32,000 bases of DNA from Bdellovibrionales bacterium (GCA_963692945.1 OY843585.1:690001-722000), one strand, 5' to 3'. Shown: positions 9,526-18,946, counted from the stretch's first letter. Made by a program: numbers and translations. The notes: a model not told the origin generated them from the letters alone.

Positions 9526-9560
9526 TTATCGGATTTTAAAAAAAGTAATTAGGGATAGCT
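9526..9560 (-). promoter_or_regulatory. Candidate sigma-28 promoter upstream of fliL-fliA
   Basis: The minus strand reads ...ccCTAAttactttttttaaaatCCGATAAaatc..., a 7/8 match to the sigma-28 -10 consensus GCCGATAA. A partial TAA(A)-like -35 lies about 15 nt upstream, and the site is about 90 nt upstream of the fliL start. CCGATAA stands out in this AT-rich spacer. Confidence 0.3.
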
Positions 9561-9654
9561 GTCAGAATTTTTTTCAATTTTTAAGAATAGAAGACAAAAA
9601 ATTGACGATTTTTAATCTCTCTTGTAAGGTCTTTTTTGGAGAGAGTTTTTGATT

Positions 9655-10284
9655 ATGAAGTTTTATCGGTTCTTTTTAATGGCTATTATTTGTGTGATGG
9701 TTTTTATAGCGGGTTGGACGATGAGAGGAGTTTATTTGCCGACTCAAGATTCAAACTTAAATCTCAGCCCAGTTTTTAAAAAGAAGTCTAGTGATAAAAC
9801 ATTAGATTTATTGGATGTGAGTCATAAAGTTTTAAATTCAGAAGAAAAAAAAGTGATTCATAAAAATTTAGAATCACAAGATGATTTTCAAAATAATGAA
9901 TCTTCCTTAAAAGTATTGCATGAATCAAATATAAGAATGAAAAAATTAGAACAAGATGAAGAGATAGTGAATAAACAAAAAAAACATGATGCTATGAATC
10001 GCAAGCACTTATTGAGTATTCCTAATAATAAAACTTTTATTTTAAAAGGAGAATACAGTTTTTTAGTTAATGTTTTTTCAGAAGAAAAGAAGGCTTTAGC
10101 CTATATAGAAAAATTAAGGAGAAAATATCCTATGTGGAATTTTTTTCTTAAGTTTCATAAAAATGGTGTAAAAATTTATTTAGGTGCTTTTGAAACAAAA
10201 CAAAAAGCTAAAAAATTTATAAATACTGTTTCCAAAAAAAAATTATCCTTTCCAAATTATTTTTTAGAGAAACAATCTTTGTAA
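9655..10284 (+). CDS. Membrane-anchored SPOR-domain-like protein
   Basis: It has an N-terminal TM helix (FFLMAIICVMVFIAGW). The C-terminal roughly 75 aa (YSFLVNVFSEEKKALAYIEKLRRKYP...VKIYLGAFETKQKAKKFINTV) resemble a SPOR peptidoglycan-binding repeat. The ATG at 9655 is preferred over the TTG at 9649, and GGAGAGAG lies about 9 nt upstream. Confidence 0.55.
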   Translation: MKFYRFFLMAIICVMVFIAGWTMRGVYLPTQDSNLNLSPVFKKKSSDKTLDLLDVSHKVLNSEEKKVIHKNLESQDDFQNNESSLKVLHESNIRMKKLEQDEEIVNKQKKHDAMNRKHLLSIPNNKTFILKGEYSFLVNVFSEEKKALAYIEKLRRKYPMWNFFLKFHKNGVKIYLGAFETKQKAKKFINTVSKKKLSFPNYFLEKQSL

Positions 10285-10307
10285 CAACATTTAGGTTTTA
10301 ACTGAAT

Positions 10308-12302
10308 ATGGTAACTTCTCAAGATTTAAATAAGATTTATAATGAACTGAATCCTCAGCAAAAAGAAGCTGTTCAAAGTTTTGAAGGGCCTTTGTTGGTT
10401 TTAGCTGGGGCTGGTTCAGGAAAGACAAGAGTTCTGGTTTATCGTATTGTTGCCCTTGTGTTAGAGAAAAAAGCAAGTATAGAAAATATTCTAGCTGTTA
10501 CATTTACAAACAAAGCAGCTCGTGAAATGAAAGAAAGAACGGAAAATCTATTGAATCAATATGGTTATCCCATGAACTATATGCCTTGGATAGGGACTTT
10601 CCATTCTATATGTGCTCAAATTCTTAGACAGAATATGCATCTTATCCCTGATAGAAAGACAGTGACTATTTATGACCAAACAGATCAGCTTCGTCTTGTT
10701 AAAAAGGTTATCAAAGATTTAAATATTGATGATAAAATGTATCCACCTAAGAACTTTCGTAGTCAAATCAATCTTTGTAAAAGAATGGCAGTGAGCCCCC
10801 ATGAATTGCATCGTATTCCTTATTTATCTAATGATATTCGTTTTGAAAAAATATATAAGGAGTATGAGAAAGCTTTAAAAGCAGCTTCTGCTTTTGATTT
10901 TGAGAGTCTTCTTTTAGAGACTTATCGTCTTTTGGTTAAATATCCTGATTTTTTAGAGAAATTACAAAATCAATTTAAATACATTTGTGTGGATGAATAC
11001 CAAGATACAAACCATATTCAATATCTTCTTATTCAAAAACTTTCAGATAAATATAAAAATATTTGTGTTGTAGGGGATGAAGATCAATCCATTTATGGTT
11101 GGCGAGGTGCTGATATGACAAATATTATGGATTTTGAGAAGGATTTTAAAAATTGTAAAACTTTTTTTCTAGAAGAAAATTATCGTTCCACAAACAATAT
11201 TGTTCAAAGTGCTAGTGCTGTTATTTCTCATAACAAGATTCGTAAAGGAAAAAATTTATTTACAAATAAAAATCTGGGAGAAAAAATTTTGATAAAAGAA
11301 GTTTTGAATGAATATGAAGAGGGGCGATTTATTTCTGAAACCATTCGTTCTCTTTGCTCTCAAGGAGATGGAAGTTGGGATGATTTTGCTATTTTATATA
11401 GGACGAACGCACAATCTCGTTCATTAGAAGATCACTTTCGGGTTTTGAGGATACCTTATAAAATTGTAGGTGGTGTTCGTTTTTATGAAAGAGCAGAAGT
11501 AAAAGATGCCTTATCCTATTTAAAACTTATTTTAAATACTAAAGATGATGTATCTTTTTTAAGAGTAATCAATAGTCCGAAAAGAGGTTTTGGAAAGATG
11601 AGCCTTTCTAAATTGCAAGAAGCGGCTTATCAAAAACAAATCAGTCTCTATGAATCTTTAAAACTATTTGTAGATAACCAAATTTTAAAGGGAAAACTTC
11701 AAATAGAATCTAAAAAATTTATTCATTTTATAGAACAAATGAGAAGTCAGAAAGGCACTTTGCCTCTTTATGAATTGTATATTTTGGTTTTAGAAAAAAG
11801 CACTTACTTAGAGATTCTTAAAAATGAGAATAGTATTGAATCTCAAAGTCGTATTGAAAATCTTCAAGAGTTAGGAAATGTTATTGAGCAAAAAGAAAAA
11901 AAAGTAAATGGTATTTTAAATTTAGAATCTTTCTTAGAGGAAATGAGTCTACTTACAGAGGATGATAAAACAAAAAATGTTAAACAGGCTGTGACTTTAA
12001 TGACTCTTCACAATTCTAAGGGGTTAGAATTTAACACGGTTTTTATTTCAGGTATGGAGGAAGGTTTATTTCCTTCTTTTCAAAGTATGGAAGATAATAA
12101 TATAGAGGAAGAGCGGAGGCTTGCTTATGTAGGTATAACAAGAGCTAAAGAAAGATTAACTTTGTCTTTTGCTCGTAGAAGGAGAGTGTGGGGTAAGGAT
12201 CAATCCAATTCACCTAGCTGTTTTTTAGGAGAGATACCAGAGGAGTTGGTTCGTTATGAGTCTTTTATCAGGGATAGAAAGTTTATAAATGATGATTTTT
12301 AA
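10308..12302 (+). CDS. uvrD: ATP-dependent DNA helicase, UvrD/PcrA/Rep family (SF1)
   Basis: Motifs present: Walker A AGAGSGKT, TFTNKAAREM, CVDEYQDTN, VGDEDQSIYGWRGA, NYRS, TLHNSKGLEFNTVFI and RRLAYVGITRAKERL. Confidence 0.92.
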   Translation: MVTSQDLNKIYNELNPQQKEAVQSFEGPLLVLAGAGSGKTRVLVYRIVALVLEKKASIENILAVTFTNKAAREMKERTENLLNQYGYPMNYMPWIGTFHSICAQILRQNMHLIPDRKTVTIYDQTDQLRLVKKVIKDLNIDDKMYPPKNFRSQINLCKRMAVSPHELHRIPYLSNDIRFEKIYKEYEKALKAASAFDFESLLLETYRLLVKYPDFLEKLQNQFKYICVDEYQDTNHIQYLLIQKLSDKYKNICVVGDEDQSIYGWRGADMTNIMDFEKDFKNCKTFFLEENYRSTNNIVQSASAVISHNKIRKGKNLFTNKNLGEKILIKEVLNEYEEGRFISETIRSLCSQGDGSWDDFAILYRTNAQSRSLEDHFRVLRIPYKIVGGVRFYERAEVKDALSYLKLILNTKDDVSFLRVINSPKRGFGKMSLSKLQEAAYQKQISLYESLKLFVDNQILKGKLQIESKKFIHFIEQMRSQKGTLPLYELYILVLEKSTYLEILKNENSIESQSRIENLQELGNVIEQKEKKVNGILNLESFLEEMSLLTEDDKTKNVKQAVTLMTLHNSKGLEFNTVFISGMEEGLFPSFQSMEDNNIEEERRLAYVGITRAKERLTLSFARRRRVWGKDQSNSPSCFLGEIPEELVRYESFIRDRKFINDDF

Positions 12303-12308
12303 AAATTA

Positions 12309-13496
12309 TTATTTGTAAATAAGGAAGTCTTTTCTTTCTTTTTTCCATTTCAGTTCTTCTGCTACAAGAAAGTCATCCCATTCTTTGATGGAGGTGTTTG
12401 GATTTTCTATCCATTTTTTTAATTCTTCGTCACCACTAATGATATCAATAGGGAGTTTTTCAAATTCATATTCGTAAGGAGGTTTTGATTTCCAAGCCAG
12501 ATCAGGGTGGATATTATGAAAAGCTTTTAAAAATAAGGATATCAAACGGTAAGGACGAAAAGTTCCTTTTTGATGACTCCAAAGAGAGTCCAAATGAATT
12601 TGAAATCCAGAGCAAATTTTGTTTTTAAATTTATCAAAGACAGGTTCAAATTGTTTTTCTCTTAAAAAACAACCTTTTAAAAAATCTTTTCCATAATTTA
12701 TCATAAAATTTTTTATTTCTTTTGTGTTCATATTGGGATGACCAAAAACTTCCAAAGGTTTTGTTGTTCCTCTTCCTTCGGAGATAGTTGTTCCTTCCAA
12801 GAGAACAGTTCCAGGGTAACATTGAGCACAAGTCTGGCTTGTCATATTAGGGCTTGGTTCAATCCAAGGTTGTTGTTTAGGCCATCCTATTTCTGGAGAA
12901 TAGGATTCCATAGGGACAACTTGGACATCTGTTTTTAAATTTTTATAATTTTTAAACCAGAGAGCCGCTTCACCGAGAGTGAGTCCATAACTCATAGGTA
13001 AGGGGGCTTCACCCACAAAACTTTTAAAATTGAGATTTAAAGAATTTCCTTCTATGTATCTTCCTAGAGGATTGGGTCTATCTAGAATAAAAATAGTTTT
13101 TTCGTTTTCACAATCTTCTATAAGATAAAATAAAGTTGTGAGGTAGGTGTAAATACGACAACCCACATCTTGTAAGTCCACAAGTAGAATATCAAAAGTG
13201 CTTTTCATTTCTGAAGTTAAGCGACGAGTTTTTTCAGAATAGAGACTAAAAATAGGTAAATGATTCCATTGACTGTCTTGACTTGTAATCATATTGGCTT
13301 GTTTTACACTCCTAAAGCCATGTTGAGGGCTTAATAGAGAAGAGACTTGTAAGTTTTTATTTTGTAAAAGAAGAGATAATATTAATTCTCCGTTTTGATT
13401 CACAGAGGCTGTATTTCCTAAATAAGAAATTTTTTTAGATGTTACTTTTTGAACCCATTGAGAATTTGCTAAAAAAACTTCAGCACCTAAAAGCAT
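12309..13496 (-). CDS. DUF1343-family protein (NamZ-like exo-beta-N-acetylmuramidase family)
   Basis: The pattern LLSPQHGF....DLQDVGCRIYTYLTTL...DRPNPLG....G.TLGE is characteristic of DUF1343/YzbB-NamZ proteins. The length (395 aa) also fits. Confidence 0.75.
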   Translation of the reverse strand: MLLGAEVFLANSQWVQKVTSKKISYLGNTASVNQNGELILSLLLQNKNLQVSSLLSPQHGFRSVKQANMITSQDSQWNHLPIFSLYSEKTRRLTSEMKSTFDILLVDLQDVGCRIYTYLTTLFYLIEDCENEKTIFILDRPNPLGRYIEGNSLNLNFKSFVGEAPLPMSYGLTLGEAALWFKNYKNLKTDVQVVPMESYSPEIGWPKQQPWIEPSPNMTSQTCAQCYPGTVLLEGTTISEGRGTTKPLEVFGHPNMNTKEIKNFMINYGKDFLKGCFLREKQFEPVFDKFKNKICSGFQIHLDSLWSHQKGTFRPYRLISLFLKAFHNIHPDLAWKSKPPYEYEFEKLPIDIISGDEELKKWIENPNTSIKEWDDFLVAEELKWKKERKDFLIYK

Positions 13497-13643
13497 AACT
13501 TATCTTAACGAATCTAAAAGTTAAAAAGCAAGCGAAGTCTTTTATTTTGTGGAAAGAGTCTTGTTTTAAGGAAGAACAGCCTTAGAGTTTGTGAGGGGGT
13601 CTTTGTTTTGAAGGGTGTCTCTCTTAAAAATAAAAAAAGATAT

Positions 13644-14147
13644 TTATAAAAATTTTGATAAAAGGTTATTGGATTTAATGGATTTATTCTTTTGTTTTGT
13701 TTTGTATTGCTCTAATTTTTTAGTAAGAGTTTTGTCTTGAAGGGCTAGAATTTTCAAAGCTAAAAGAGCTGCATTGTGAGAGTTATCAATGGCAACTGTG
13801 GCAACAGGAACATCTTTTGGCATTTGTACAACAGAAAGCAAAGAGTCTAAGCCTTTTAATTTTGTAGTTTTTATAGGAACACCAATAACAGGTAAGTTTG
13901 TAAAAGAGGCTGTCATTCCTGGGAGATGAGCAGCACCTCCAGCCCCTGCAATAATAACTTTTAACCCTCTTTTTTTTGCTTTTTCAGCATATTCTTTCAT
14001 ATAAATGGGAGTCCTATGGGCAGAGGTGATTTTCACTTCCGTAGGAATCTTCCACTTTTTAAGAAGATCAATCCCAGCCTTCATGACTTTTAGGTCAGAA
14101 GTGCTTCCCATAATTACAGCCACATCCATTTTTTTTGTCCTTGTCAT
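13644..14147 (-). CDS. purE: N5-carboxyaminoimidazole ribonucleotide mutase
   Basis: [32 protein letters not shown] and PVIGVPI are canonical PurE motifs. A purK gene is nearby, which implies class I PurE. Confidence 0.92.
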   Translation of the reverse strand: MTRTKKMDVAVIMGSTSDLKVMKAGIDLLKKWKIPTEVKITSAHRTPIYMKEYAEKAKKRGLKVIIAGAGGAAHLPGMTASFTNLPVIGVPIKTTKLKGLDSLLSVVQMPKDVPVATVAIDNSHNAALLALKILALQDKTLTKKLEQYKTKQKNKSIKSNNLLSKFL

Positions 14148-14458
14148 AATAAGTGCCTTTTTTTATATATGTAACTATTTTTTCTATGAAAATCTATAGA
14201 TATTCTATAGGAGTTCTCTTTTGTGTAAATTAGGTGGTTTTTTTAAGTGTTAACTCGTAATTCTCTTATTTTTTAAAAGGATTTTTTCTGGGATTGAGGC
14301 AAATTTTAAGTTGGTTTTTTTTCAAGAATCCATGGAAATGTTTTTAGAAAAAATAGCAAAATTGAGATAGGGATGTGGCTTATATATAAAAAATAGAATT
14401 TTTTCACTTTTTTTTAAAAATCTTTGCAAATTTTCTAGTTTCAGTTAGTATGGCGTAG

Positions 14459-15559
14459 ATGAAAAACTTAGTGATGAGTTTATGTGTGATCTTAGTAGGT
14501 CTATTGTCTGTTTCTGTTTATGGAACAGGAATACGAAAAATATACTTACCTCAGACAAATCTTATTGTTAAGCCTTCTTCAATTCAGGAAGATAAGTTCA
14601 CTCTTAGTGGGGGTATTTTACCAAACCCTTATGACCCTGTAGTATTTAGTTATAATTTACAAGCTTTTCACAGAAACGCAAAAGTCAAAACCGTTAAACA
14701 TATTCTTACTGATATGTTGAGGACAGATACCGTTTTTACTTTATTTCAAACTCGTCATTTTGATGATTCCATGGCTTCTTTAGAATCTAGTGGAGAGGGA
14801 AAAGGAGAATCTTTAGTTATTCCTTATTCTCTAGGTAACTCAATAGATGAGATTAGGGCTTCCGTAGAAAAACAAAATTTTAGTCATGATATGAGATTTC
14901 TTATTTTCACTCACTTTCTTTACGATCAAAAGATTTCTGATGAAGATGTCTTGAAGCTTTTTGATTCTATAAATCTTCCAAAGGATTTTATATTTACAGG
15001 TAAATCTTTAAATATTTTAGAAAATCATTCAGAAAATTTTCTTATAGATTTTTATTTTAAAAATCAATCTGGTTCTTTAAATAAGGAAGAGCAGAAAAAT
15101 TTAAAAATAAACTTAGACATTGTTAGACGTTTTTTGATGGATAAAAAAATGATGGATAAATATTTTTTAACAACACCGTCTCATGAAATATCTGCTAGTT
15201 TTAGAGTGGAATTGATAGAGCAGATGATACAGCAAGGAAAACTAAACTTTAAAGTGAAAGATGATATAGGAAACACTTTTTTACATGTTTTAGGATCTAA
15301 TAAACATTTAAAAAAAGAGAATTGGATAAATATTATAACTCATTTGGCTGAAGATGCCAGTGTAGATTTTGATATGAAAAATGAAGAAGGTTTTACTTTT
15401 TTAACAGTTCTCACAAGTTCTGGTTTCAAGGAGCCTTTAGAGTATCTTGTGAATCTTAGGGGGGGGGGTAGATATTTTTACCAAAGATATCTACAATCGT
15501 TCTCTTTTGCAGATAGCAGCAGAAAGTTTAAAATACAATATAGCTTCTTATCTCTATGA
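14459..15559 (+). CDS. Secreted ankyrin-repeat protein, 5' ORF of a gene interrupted at a G10 tract
   Basis: Signal peptide MKNLVMSLCVILVGLLSVSVYG. ANK-like repeats lie near the C-terminus (GNTFLHVLGSNKH..., EGFTFLTVLTSSGFKEPLEYLVNL). After the G10 tract the frame runs 30 more non-ANK codons to a stop. Confidence 0.7.
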   Translation: MKNLVMSLCVILVGLLSVSVYGTGIRKIYLPQTNLIVKPSSIQEDKFTLSGGILPNPYDPVVFSYNLQAFHRNAKVKTVKHILTDMLRTDTVFTLFQTRHFDDSMASLESSGEGKGESLVIPYSLGNSIDEIRASVEKQNFSHDMRFLIFTHFLYDQKISDEDVLKLFDSINLPKDFIFTGKSLNILENHSENFLIDFYFKNQSGSLNKEEQKNLKINLDIVRRFLMDKKMMDKYFLTTPSHEISASFRVELIEQMIQQGKLNFKVKDDIGNTFLHVLGSNKHLKKENWINIITHLAEDASVDFDMKNEEGFTFLTVLTSSGFKEPLEYLVNLRGGGRYFYQRYLQSFSFADSSRKFKIQYSFLSL

Positions 15560-16481
15560 AAAGGCAGGAGATCAGATCAATGAATTGAGTTATTTAAATG
15601 GTTATGTCACCAGTACATTTCAACCTGTTGTTTTAGAACCTGTTTCTTATTTTGGTTTGAGCTTTTTAACATCTCCTGTTTTAAAAACTATGAAATATAA
15701 ATATGGGAATAATCAACATCTTCTCAATGAAATAAATTCAAATTTTGTTAATTCTATTGGTAATTTGGCTTTATCTTTTACTGCCTATGAGGATAATAGA
15801 GTTGATTCTCTTCGGGAGATTTTTTTACGTCAAACCATTTTAAGTCATTTTTTATTGGCTTTGAGAGAGGGTGATACAGATTCCTTGAAGAACATTATAT
15901 CAAAGACACCAGAAATTGTAGATACTGTCATTTCTAGAGATTTAATTGAACCTAATAGCAGTTCAAAGGTTCGGGTTTATTTAACAGATATGCTTATAGA
16001 GTCCATTCGTTACAATCAACCAGGTAGTGTGAAGTTTATTTTGGAACATATGAAAGGCACAAGCTTGAACATAGGGGATATAATGAATCCTTTAACATCA
16101 GCTATTATGACTTCTTTTCTTATTGAGTACAATAGCGAGAAAGAAAGAGAAAAATCTTTAGAAATTATTAACATGCTTATAGATCAAAAGAGTAAAGAGA
16201 TAGATCTTAGAACCGATTCCATTTTAAATTTAAAACCTATAGATTTAGCTTCTATAGCAGGACTTGTTGATGTTGTAAAAAAACTTCACGAAGAACATAA
16301 TATCCCTCTTCCAATATATGAAAATGGAATTTTAGGAACAGGTGTTGATCATGTTGATCTGGCTTATAGCCAAGGGTTTAAGGTTTTAGCCCAATATTAC
16401 GAGCAAAATATTGAAGGTCAAGAAGAAGCAGACACTAGTGATGAATTGGCTTTAAAGAAGTGTCGTGAAACTTTTCATTGA
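15453..16481 (+). CDS. Ankyrin-repeat protein, 3' ORF (continuation of 14459.. in the +1 frame)
   Basis: The frame is open from 15453; the track starts it at a TTG at 15507. ANK-like repeats run throughout (NRSLLQIAAESLKYNIASYLYEKAGD; LKPIDLASIAGLVDVVKKLHEEHN). No convincing independent start or RBS. Confidence 0.65.
   Translation: MLGGGVDIFTKDIYNRSLLQIAAESLKYNIASYLYEKAGDQINELSYLNGYVTSTFQPVVLEPVSYFGLSFLTSPVLKTMKYKYGNNQHLLNEINSNFVNSIGNLALSFTAYEDNRVDSLREIFLRQTILSHFLLALREGDTDSLKNIISKTPEIVDTVISRDLIEPNSSSKVRVYLTDMLIESIRYNQPGSVKFILEHMKGTSLNIGDIMNPLTSAIMTSFLIEYNSEKEREKSLEIINMLIDQKSKEIDLRTDSILNLKPIDLASIAGLVDVVKKLHEEHNIPLPIYENGILGTGVDHVDLAYSQGFKVLAQYYEQNIEGQEEADTSDELALKKCRETFH
15459..15468. repeat. 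G10 homopolymer at the junction of the two ankyrin ORFs (candidate slipped-strand switch or homopolymer sequencing error)
   Basis: Ten consecutive G at 15459..15468 in an AT-rich genome. The downstream ORF's frame is open from 15453. Removing one G joins ...LEYLVNLRGG to VDIFTKDIYNRSLLQIAAESLKYNIASYLYEKAGD, which is a continuous ANK repeat. Confidence 0.9.
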
Positions 16482-16565
16482 TTTTTTATATTCTTCTCAT
16501 TTTTTTAAACTTAATTCATGAAATGAGGAATGCAATTTTTTTGCCAATATTAAACGAGAATATTT

Positions 16566-17018
16566 TTAATTCCATTTGAAACAAAAATTAATAAATATTT
16601 TTTGATCTTTTTCATCTATTGCAATAGATTCTTCATCTCTAATAGAATATTTTATGAAATCCCATTTTTCATTCTTTGCAAAATAAGATTGTGTATCGCA
16701 GGGTCTTTGTTCATGCCCAACATTTAATATAAATTGGTCTGTTTTGATAGGGTATAAGAGGTCATCTAAAAAGTTATTGCTTTCAGATGATTTTTGATAA
16801 AAGTTTAATAGCTTGTTTTTTGTAGATTTAATTTCTTTTAATGTATGATCAATATTACAGAAGATACAAAATTTAGCTTCTGTTTTTTGAGATAAAGGAT
16901 GTTCTTTAGAATCAATGATTAGTTGATTTAATAGATCGTCCTTGCTCTCTGCCAAGCTACTTATAGAAAACAATAGGTAGTAAAATACAAAAAAAATTTT
17001 TAAAATAGGAACCAACAT
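16566..17018 (-). CDS. Small secreted hypothetical protein
   Basis: 150-aa ORF with an ATG start and signal peptide MLVPILKIFFVFYYLLFSISSLA. It has several Cys residues (FCIFCN, RPCD, NFCF). I recognise no family. Confidence 0.5.
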   Translation of the reverse strand: MLVPILKIFFVFYYLLFSISSLAESKDDLLNQLIIDSKEHPLSQKTEAKFCIFCNIDHTLKEIKSTKNKLLNFYQKSSESNNFLDDLLYPIKTDQFILNVGHEQRPCDTQSYFAKNEKWDFIKYSIRDEESIAIDEKDQKIFINFCFKWN

Positions 17019-17061
17019 CTTGATAGCTTATCGGTGTTTTTGAGTTTAAAAATAAATAAAA

Positions 17062-18249
17062 CTATAATTTAAAGAGTTTTCTTGCTTTCAATAGATGAGA
17101 GAGTGCTTTTGTAGGAGAACTATCCATGCTGTTGAGATGTCCCATTTTTCTTCCCTTAGTGTTTTTAGTTTTTCCATACCACCAAAGAAAGAAATTTTTA
17201 TTTTCATACTCCATGCCTCTAGTTAGTTTTATGATTTTCTTTTTCAATTTGAAATGAGCTAGAGTTTGTGTTCCTTCTCCTAAAAGATTAAGCATAGCAA
17301 ATCCTTTTTTTAAAGGTTTAGGAGTTTTTAAAGGAAGATTAAAAATGGCTTTCAAATGAAGGGTGAATTGATCCTCTGTCAATCCATCAAGAGAGTAGTG
17401 TCCTGAATTATGAACTCTAGGAGCTAGTTCATTGATAAGCAAATCAGAACCTGTGTCAAACAATTCAAAAGCTAAAACACCTTCATAATTTAGAGCCTTT
17501 AAAAAGGTTTTAATTTTTCTTTTTAAAGCATTCAATTTTTTATGAGTTGTTGGTCCTTTCACCCAAAGGCAACGAGAGTTTTCTTGTTTGCTTTCCACCA
17601 GTGGAGAAAAAACAAGAGTTCCTTTTTTATTTCGCACAGCCAATAAAGCCAGTTCTCTTTTAAAATTTATAAATTGTTCTGCGATAAAATGCGCAGAGTT
17701 TAATCTGATTTTTTTTATATCCTTTTTATTTTTTAAAATAAAAGTTCCATAACCGTCATACCCTCCTGTTCTTGTTTTCAAGACAAATGCACCTAATTTT
17801 TTTAAAGTGGCTAAGAGGTCTTTTTCTGTTTGAGGTTTTGAAACTGTTTGAGATTTTGAAGTTGTTTTTTTTGAAAAGCTTATTTTTAAAAAAGGAGATG
17901 TTTTCAATTTGTATTTTTTTAAAAGTTGTTTTTGAGTGTAACGATCTTGTAAAAGTTCTAAAGATTTAAGAGGTGGAGATACGCGAGGATTTTTTTTATT
18001 TAAAACTTTTTGAATTTGTTTGGCAGGAATAAATTCATTTTCAAAAGTGAGAACATCTACAGATCTTATAAATTTTGAAAGAGAATTTGTTTTGTAAGGG
18101 TCTCCTTTGACCCAGTTCACAAATTTGAGTTGAGCGGCAGGGTCTGTTTTAGAAAGGGATAAAATAAAAACTTTAAGGTTTAAATTTTGTGCTTTTAGAG
18201 CTAGCATTCTTGCCAGTTGACCACCACCTAAAATACCAAGAGTTTTCAA
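17062..18249 (-). CDS. purK: N5-carboxyaminoimidazole ribonucleotide synthase (ATP-grasp)
   Basis: GILGGGQLARMLA N-terminus, ATP-grasp core (..GYDGYG..., LAFELF...LLINELAPRVHNSGH) and the C-terminal KMGHL motif. It uses a TTG start with GGAG about 7 nt upstream. Confidence 0.9.
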   Translation of the reverse strand: MKTLGILGGGQLARMLALKAQNLNLKVFILSLSKTDPAAQLKFVNWVKGDPYKTNSLSKFIRSVDVLTFENEFIPAKQIQKVLNKKNPRVSPPLKSLELLQDRYTQKQLLKKYKLKTSPFLKISFSKKTTSKSQTVSKPQTEKDLLATLKKLGAFVLKTRTGGYDGYGTFILKNKKDIKKIRLNSAHFIAEQFINFKRELALLAVRNKKGTLVFSPLVESKQENSRCLWVKGPTTHKKLNALKRKIKTFLKALNYEGVLAFELFDTGSDLLINELAPRVHNSGHYSLDGLTEDQFTLHLKAIFNLPLKTPKPLKKGFAMLNLLGEGTQTLAHFKLKKKIIKLTRGMEYENKNFFLWWYGKTKNTKGRKMGHLNSMDSSPTKALSHLLKARKLFKL

Positions 18250-18396
18250 AAAATTGCTCCGTTGTTTTTTATATTCTAAAAAGGATCTATCTGAAAATTT
18301 TAATCATAAATAACTTGTTTGTGTATAAAGACTTATCTAAAAAGTCCTGTGAAAGTCAATAGGCGATTTATGGTTTTGTAAGATACTTACAAAGGG

Positions 18397-18660
18397 TTAG
18401 ATATCATCGGCTTGAAGAAGAATATCCAATTGATTTTTTTTGTCTAAGTCCATCATATCAGAGCAACCACCAATCAATTGATTATTGATAAAGATTTGAG
18501 GCACTGTTTTCATATTTGTTTTTTCAATCAGAGATTTTAATTCTTCAGGTTTATCATCTAAACTAAACTCCTCATATTGGACACCTTTTTTTGTGAGAAC
18601 TTGCTTTGCTAAATCACAAGCAGGACATGTTGTTTTTGTATAAATTTTTACGATGGCCAT
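18397..18660 (-). CDS. grxC: Glutaredoxin (Grx3-like)
   Basis: 87 aa with a CPAC active site (IYTKTTCPACDLAK), TVPQIFINNQLIGGCSD and the typical glutaredoxin length. Confidence 0.88.
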   Translation of the reverse strand: MAIVKIYTKTTCPACDLAKQVLTKKGVQYEEFSLDDKPEELKSLIEKTNMKTVPQIFINNQLIGGCSDMMDLDKKNQLDILLQADDI

Positions 18661-18845
18661 TACTTCTCCTTTTTAGTAAATATTTTTAATTTCTATATAT
18701 GATAATGACAAATTTTTAAAAATTTGTCTAACTTTTTTTCGCAAAACGGGTTTCAGAAAAATAATGAAGCAAATAACAAACCCGCGAAACCAAACCCGCA
18801 AAAACCAGTAGGTTTTCTCTAGTTCAAACAATAAGCCTATTAAGT

Positions 18846-18913
18846 AACTCTTATTTTAACGAGATTTGAAGAGTGTCCCTCTTTACGATGAAAAGCTCGT
18901 TAAAATAAGAGTT
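18846..18913. repeat. Perfect 18-bp inverted repeat with a 32-nt spacer (long hairpin/cruciform)
   Basis: aactcttattttaacgag (18846..18863) is the exact reverse complement of ctcgttaaaataagagtt (18896..18913). The spacer holds a second small stem (aagag/ctctt). It lies 34 nt downstream of the transporter stop on the minus strand, and no U-tract follows it. Confidence 0.85.
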
Positions 18914-18946
18914 GGAAAATATCTAAGAAATGAACTAGAGTTTTGT

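Noticed and set aside
14424-14451. TTGCAA-N16-TAGTAT sigma-70-like promoter ending 7 nt before the ANK gene ATG, which would imply a leaderless mRNA
   Set aside because: Hexamers like these occur frequently by chance in AT-rich spacers. It is plausible but not supportable without TSS data.
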